Below, one piece after another: positions 57,703 through 64,000 of a stretch of DNA of 64,000 nucleotides (position 1 is the stretch's first letter; each line of letters opens with the position of its first letter). The notes under the pieces are model-generated. The model was not told the DNA's origin and made no database searches. It saw only the letters and a program-made list of their open reading frames with translations. The translations under genes and the position numbers were made by a program. The DNA is from the human T2T-CHM13v2.0 reference genome, Homo sapiens: assembly GCF_009914755.1 (NCBI RefSeq), contig NC_060926.1; one strand, 5' to 3'.

Positions 57703-58639
57703 CGAAGGAGCCAATTACGTTACTGAAAGATCCAGAAACTGCAATGAAATAACCTAATCTGGTTAATAGTTTTATTATGTAGAAAGTATTTGCTTTCTAC
57801 ATCTATCCACGTCTTAGAATTATACGACCTGCTTACTTTTGCTTTTTGTATTATTTGACAGCAAGTGCTCCTGTAACCTTCTTTCAAGACCTTTTGATTA
57901 GAGGAGATTATTTTCAGTTTTTTGCCAGAGTGGACTCTGAACCATTCTTTCCTTATTGGACTCTTGTCGAGCTGACACTTGCTGTACACATTCCACAAAG
58001 GCCTTGAACCTGGCCTCTGACCTCCTGAGATCCTTGGCAGTGGCTACTTTTGTTCCACCTGCACCTAACCATGCCATGTCGGGGGGATTTTATGCTTTGA
58101 AGTCTGGATTCAGCAACTCTAAGCTGGCTGTAGGAAATTAATTATATGGAAATAAAGTTGAAACCACAAAATCACCTGCTAACCAAAATTTGCTAAAATG
58201 AAATTTCCTTAAAACACCAGTGTTAATTCATTCCTCAGATGCATGCCAGGTGTGACAAATGAATCCTCTATGCTGTGGAGGTTGACAGATTCAGACTTTA
58301 TGGAAAGAGGAACTATAGCCAATCCCAAACCTGGGTCCTTTCCAGAAAAGAAAGCTGTGCCTTCTGGCACAAGACCAAATTACCCAACCTGGGATCTGTT
58401 TGTAGGATTTTGTCTTATTAATTTTTATGGCATTTTGCCTAAAACAAAGGGCACACACAAAAAATCTGTATTTGGTTGATGTTTCAGATGAATGGAAGTT
58501 TAAATTAATAGATTAAAATCCATCCTTAGAATTCTAACACCGTCAAGATGTGGCTGGTTAATAGGTAATTTAATGTAGCTAAAAGAATAAAACTTGTTTA
58601 AAAACAGGAGGCTCTATTTTCCAAAACAAATTTTGGTGG

Positions 58640-59020
58640 TCACTAGTGTTAGTTACGAATTTTATCTCTCTTCTTCAGGATTGCATTTCCTGCCTCTTTG
58701 AGATTAGGCATGGCCACATGGCTTGCTTTGGCCAATGAAACGTGAGAGAAAGTGTCAGGTGTCAGTCCTGGGTGAAAACTTTATGCATGAGTGTGCTATG
58801 AGTCACACTTTCTTTCTTTCTTTCTGATGTTATATCCAGAAAGGCTTGTGATAGTGGCTACTGCATTGGCCTGAATCCCTGAGTAAGGGCCAGGGAAGTA
58901 GAGTCCCTGTCAACCCGAGGTGATCATGTAGCATGAATGAGCAATATAGCTTTGTTGTTTGAGGCCAGTGAAATTCTGGGATTATTTTTCCCCCATGTAA
59001 CTGAGCCCATGCAGGAGTGA
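58640..59020 (+). mobile_element. Old MLT1 (I/J-type) LTR
   Basis: TAGGCATGGCCACATGGCTTGCTTTGGCCAATGAAACGTGAG. Confidence 0.7.
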
Positions 59021-59088
59021 CAAGTTCCTGATAACCTCATGCTAAAACACAAAAAGAATAGTCTCACAAAAATACTACATGAGGAATA

Positions 59089-59608
59089 CAGTAGTCCCCC
59101 CTCATCTCTGGGGGATACATTCCAAGACCCCCTGTGAATGCTTGAAACATGGATAGTACCCAACCCTGTATATGCTATGTTTTTTTCCTATACATACCTA
59201 CCTATGATAAAGTTTAATTTATAAATTAGGCACAGAGATGAAAAACTAATAAAATACAACAATTATAACAGTATGCTACCATAATCACTCTTGTGCTTTG
59301 GGGCCATTATTGAGTAAAATAAGGGTTCCTCAAGACAAGCACTGCAGTACAGTGACAGTTGATCTGATAATCTAGATGGCTACAAAGTGACTAATGGGTG
59401 GGGAGGCAGACAGCACGGATCCCCTGAACAAAGGGATGATTCACATCCTTGGTGGGACGGAGCAGGAAGGCTGGAGATTTCATCAAGCTACTCACAGCAG
59501 CATGCCATTTAAAATTCATGAATTATTTATTTCTGGAATTTTCCGTTTAATATTTTTGGACCACAATTGACCTCAGGTAACTGAAACTATGGGTAAGGGG
59601 GCCTACTA
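59089..59608. mobile_element. MER44-type (Tigger7-derived) DNA transposon
   Basis: TIRs CAGTAGTCCCCCCTCATC / GGTAAGGGGGCCTACTA, with TA on both sides. Confidence 0.88.
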
Positions 59609-59775
59609 TATTATATTTGGGAGTTGCATTTCTGATCAAGGACTAAGCAGCAAATAAACCTAACAATCATACATATGACCTGTAGGTGTTATAGAGAAAC
59701 AATTTTACTTTAGAGTAGATATATTTATAAAATAGAAATTCAACAGCTATAAAATTTCATTATAATTTAAAAGTC

Positions 59776-60072
<297 letters not shown>

Positions 60073-61929
60073 TAATTTAAAATAGTCTTATGCAATGCAC
60101 ACTGATTCTGTAAGAAACCCCAACTATGCTGTGTCATTAGTTTTACCTTCCATAAATAATAGAATTTTAGAAACTTGATTTTGTTGTTGTTGTTTCTTTT
60201 TGTTGTTTGCCTTCCTTTCCTGAGCTTTGAGGAGCTCTGGTGGAGAGCAGGGAATGGAGGTGGCAGGAGGGGAAATGAGTTGATGCCTTTTTTATCTTAT
60301 GACAAATATTCCTGCTAGGTTCTAAAATCATTCAAACTACTCTCAAAATTGCATTTGTCTGTTTCAAGAAGTCATGGCATCCAAATAGTTGAAGACCTCT
60401 TTGAGTATTTTCATTCTGCACACTTGTAGGGCGGGGATTCTTGAGTTGGATTTGTCTGGTCCACTTTCTTAGCAGGTTTGTTTTCCTCTTTCTTCTTCCC
60501 ATTAAACAACAGTGGGTTACATTTAAGGTAAAGAAATTGGATCACAGAGTGTCCGAGGGCTGTGGGAAGGAGGGAGATAGTGGCCTTTGCACGTCTGCTT
60601 TGAGGATAATTTTGTGTATTTTTCGAAAAACCGTTCCGTTTATTTTTTAGCACTAGGTGGTAAAGACTTAGTTCCCACAAGCCTCCCTGAGTTGGTTCCT
60701 AGTTCTGGCAGCAGTGGCCTCTCAGGAAGTTACTAGAAACTTCAAAACAGCCAAAAGAGAGTCCTGAGTGTTCTTCAGTGAAGTACTAGGTTTAATTTTC
60801 CATGGGTTGCCTATTTTAAAACTATGCAGACAAGATTAACTTGTGGATTTTTTCCAAAAGAAGCTGCAAAAAATTTCTGTCTCATGGAAGAATCATCCCT
60901 GAAAAGTTTCTTGCCTGGTAAGACATGGACCAGTTATTTTTTTTAAATAGATACCCAGATTCTCAAAATTTTTTTAAAAAATGAGTCCTAACATCTTACT
61001 GTTTACCTTATTAATTAGTAAGTTAAATAAAATATATGAGTATTCTTTTTATATTTGTCTGAGAGTCATGATTGCAGCAAAGGCAGGCAGGGAAACTGCA
61101 TTGTCCATCTTCATGCTGGACCATGGCAGAAATTTAAAGCCAACAAAGCCAAATTAAAAGCTGAATTTAAAGCCAACATTGATATATAATTCACATACCA
61201 TAAACTTTACCTGTCTTCAGTCTTTTAGGACTGGAAGTAGTTTTCAAATGATCGAAAAACATTCTAGGAAGAGAAAAACTAAGCTATTCGAGGGCAGTTT
61301 TGCTCAGTGTCTCAGGACGGTAACATCACCCCTAGGTTTCTGATGGTCGTTGGATTAAGGAAGGTGTTTGTGAATCTTTGTTTCCCATAAATGTCATCAG
61401 GGCTCTGCTTCACACAGGGGTTGTATCCAACCAGAGCATTCTGTTTTATTTGGTCTGAGTTTGCTGATGTTCTGTGACAACCAGCTCCGGATGTTTTATA
61501 AACAATTAACCTGACAGTTTGATGGATGAGGGTAACATTTGGGTATCATCTGCACTACAATGAAAGACAGATGATTATTTTTGACAGAAACGATCACCAC
61601 TCACAATGTGGAAATGGTGAAGCCAGATCCCCGAGGCTCACACTGTCTATAGAATTAGGGCCAGATCAAAACCCACTTGAGAGTAGGCCCAATAGCCTGG
61701 GTGACGGACCCGATTTGGGCATTGGATGTGAGCTGCAAAGGCACACAATGTGTTTTAGAAAAGCCTATGTTTGCAGTTCCAAATGTGAGTGAAACAAAGA
61801 GAAAGAAAGGCAAGTCCAGCTCTGGCAACACTAAAATCAACAGGCCAGCATTGGCCCTGGGATTCATTTTAATTCACAATGTAGTTTTTAATGTTCTTTA
61901 AGTTTTGTGTCCTATTTTATTTCTTAATC

Positions 61930-62507
61930 AATTTTTAAAAATTGGCATATAATTCACATACCATAAACTTCATCTGTTAAAATGTACAATTCAGTGGTTT
62001 TTAGTATTTTCGTAGATATGTGCAACCATCACTCTCTTTCCAGAATATCCTTTCCATCACCCCAAAAGGAAAGCCTGTACTCATTAACAGTCATTTTCCC
62101 CCAAACCCTGGCAACATGAATCTACTTTCTATCTCTATGGGTTTGCCTATTCTGGAGTTTCATGTAAATGGAATTATCTAATATTGGTATTTTGTGTTTG
62201 GCTTAATTGACATAGAATAATGTTTTTGAGGTTCATCCATGTTGTCACGTGTATCAATATTTTATTCCTTTTTATGGCCAAATAATATTCCATCATATGG
62301 ATAGACCCTATTTTGTTTATCCATTCATCAGCTGATGGACATTGGGCTTGTTTCTACTTTTTGGCTCTTATGAGTAATGCTGCTACAATTATTCATGCAC
62401 AGGTTTTTGTGTGAGCATATGTTTTTCCATTCTCCTGGGTATATGCCTGGAAGAGAAATTGCAGTATAAATGGTAACTCTATGTTTAACTTTTGAAGGAA
62501 CTATCCA
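61930..62507 (-). mobile_element. L1MB-type 3' end
   Basis: ATATAATTCACATACCATAAA...GAGGTTCATCCATGTTG...CCATTCATCAGCTGATGGACATT. Confidence 0.9.
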
Positions 62508-62785
62508 TTAGATTTTTAAATAAATCAGGTGAGTATCAGTGTGTCTTCTCATCTCTGTAAACAATCTGAATTCTTTGGGAAGAAGATGGTGATAGTAGAA
62601 AAATGTATAGACCAAGTGGTTTGTGGAATGCAGTGAGTGGGAACTGTCCCTGCAGGTGTCTGAGTCTATGACAGCAGCAGAGATACTGGTTTCTTTTTGG
62701 GAGGGAAGCATATCCATGTTGCAGCCAAGGAGCAGGCACATCTGCCACTAGCCAGTGGGGATGGGTGGGATGACTGATTTTTTCC

Positions 62786-63082
<297 letters not shown>

Positions 63083-63114
63083 AATATTCCCATTTTTTTA
63101 AATAAAACATCAGC

Positions 63115-63440
63115 CAATCCAGAGAAATACATTTTGTACCTACTATGTATGTTGCACACTGTGCGATTGCTCTGAAGGGTACTAAGAAGTATAACACAAT
63201 GACCTTGGCTCTCTAGGACTGGATAGCTTAGTCCTGGGAACCAGATACACACGTCCTGCAAAAATGTCTTAACCAAATATCAAGTCGTATAGTATAGATT
63301 ATAGGTTTTCTAGGGAACAGAGCATTCAGTGTGGGCTGTGAATATATGTGGGGGTCCCATATTCATAGTTTCCTCCAGGAAAGGGTAATGTGAAACTAAA
63401 CTGGGTCTAATTGTACATATGTGATTCATCTTGGAATGGA
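63115..63440 (-). mobile_element. L2 fragment
   Basis: CCTACTATGT...TCTCTAGGA...CTTAGTC...TTCCTCCAGGAAAGGGTAATGTGAAACT; degenerate. Confidence 0.45.
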
Positions 63441-64000
63441 AGAAGCATCTACTTTGCTTCCTTTTCCTCCCCCAGGCACTGTCTGTCCCCAAATTCATAA
63501 GACCAATGAACCCTGCTGGGACAACGATAGGATTTGTTTTGATCACATGGTAATTTTGAGCAAGAGGGCCTGGAAGACATATGGGCCTTGTTCCAATGTT
63601 CTATGAAGAGCAACGTGTCCCCTGGGCGAGTCACCCGACCTTCTAGACTCTGGCCATAGAAAAAAGTGGGCTTTTCTGGACACCAGATGCCTCCATGATT
63701 TGATTTCTTTTTGGTATATGACTCACATGGAATGATTTTAAAAATTGCTGTGGACCAAGTAGTGTTTCTGTCCTTTTCTGCAGCTGAATCTGGGCACATG
63801 AAGATGAAGCTGAATCAGTATTTTTTCTACACTTAATTCAATTCAGCACAGCAGGATCTGGATGAGGCAGGAAATGAGGAAGCAGAGGAACCCAGGGTGA
63901 ATGTGAGAGACGAAAGTTCTGGTTCAGCTTAAAGTTAAACCAACACAAGGGTTAGATGGGGCATTGTGTAAATCAGCATTTTGTTTCTGAATCAGAGACA

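Overview
Repeat-rich, gene-poor primate genomic DNA (intergenic or deep intronic). AluY copies and an L1PA2-like 3' end point to a hominoid genome. I see no supportable protein-coding exon, CpG island or RNA gene. The ORF-track entries I could trace are Alu, L1, LTR or microsatellite translations, and the rest look like chance ORFs. About half the window is recognisable transposable-element sequence: about 17 Alu copies or fragments, young and old L1s, L2/MIR/CR1, MaLR and ERVL LTRs including a two-LTR THE1 element, and hAT and TcMar DNA transposons, often nested two or three deep. The main non-TE structures are: (1) a ~1.6 kb 3'UTR-only processed retrocopy with AATAAA, poly(A) and a perfect 14-bp TSD, inserted in a MER5-type element (25248-26837); (2) a ~140 bp mosaic at 24144-24281 built from two nearby templates, one inside that retrocopy; (3) a 30-bp AT-rich minisatellite made entirely of palindromic modules (15091-15450). 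I found no evidence for a new multi-gene system. Subfamily names come from recalled consensus sequences, not a RepeatMasker run. Boundaries of old elements are approximate (tens of bp).
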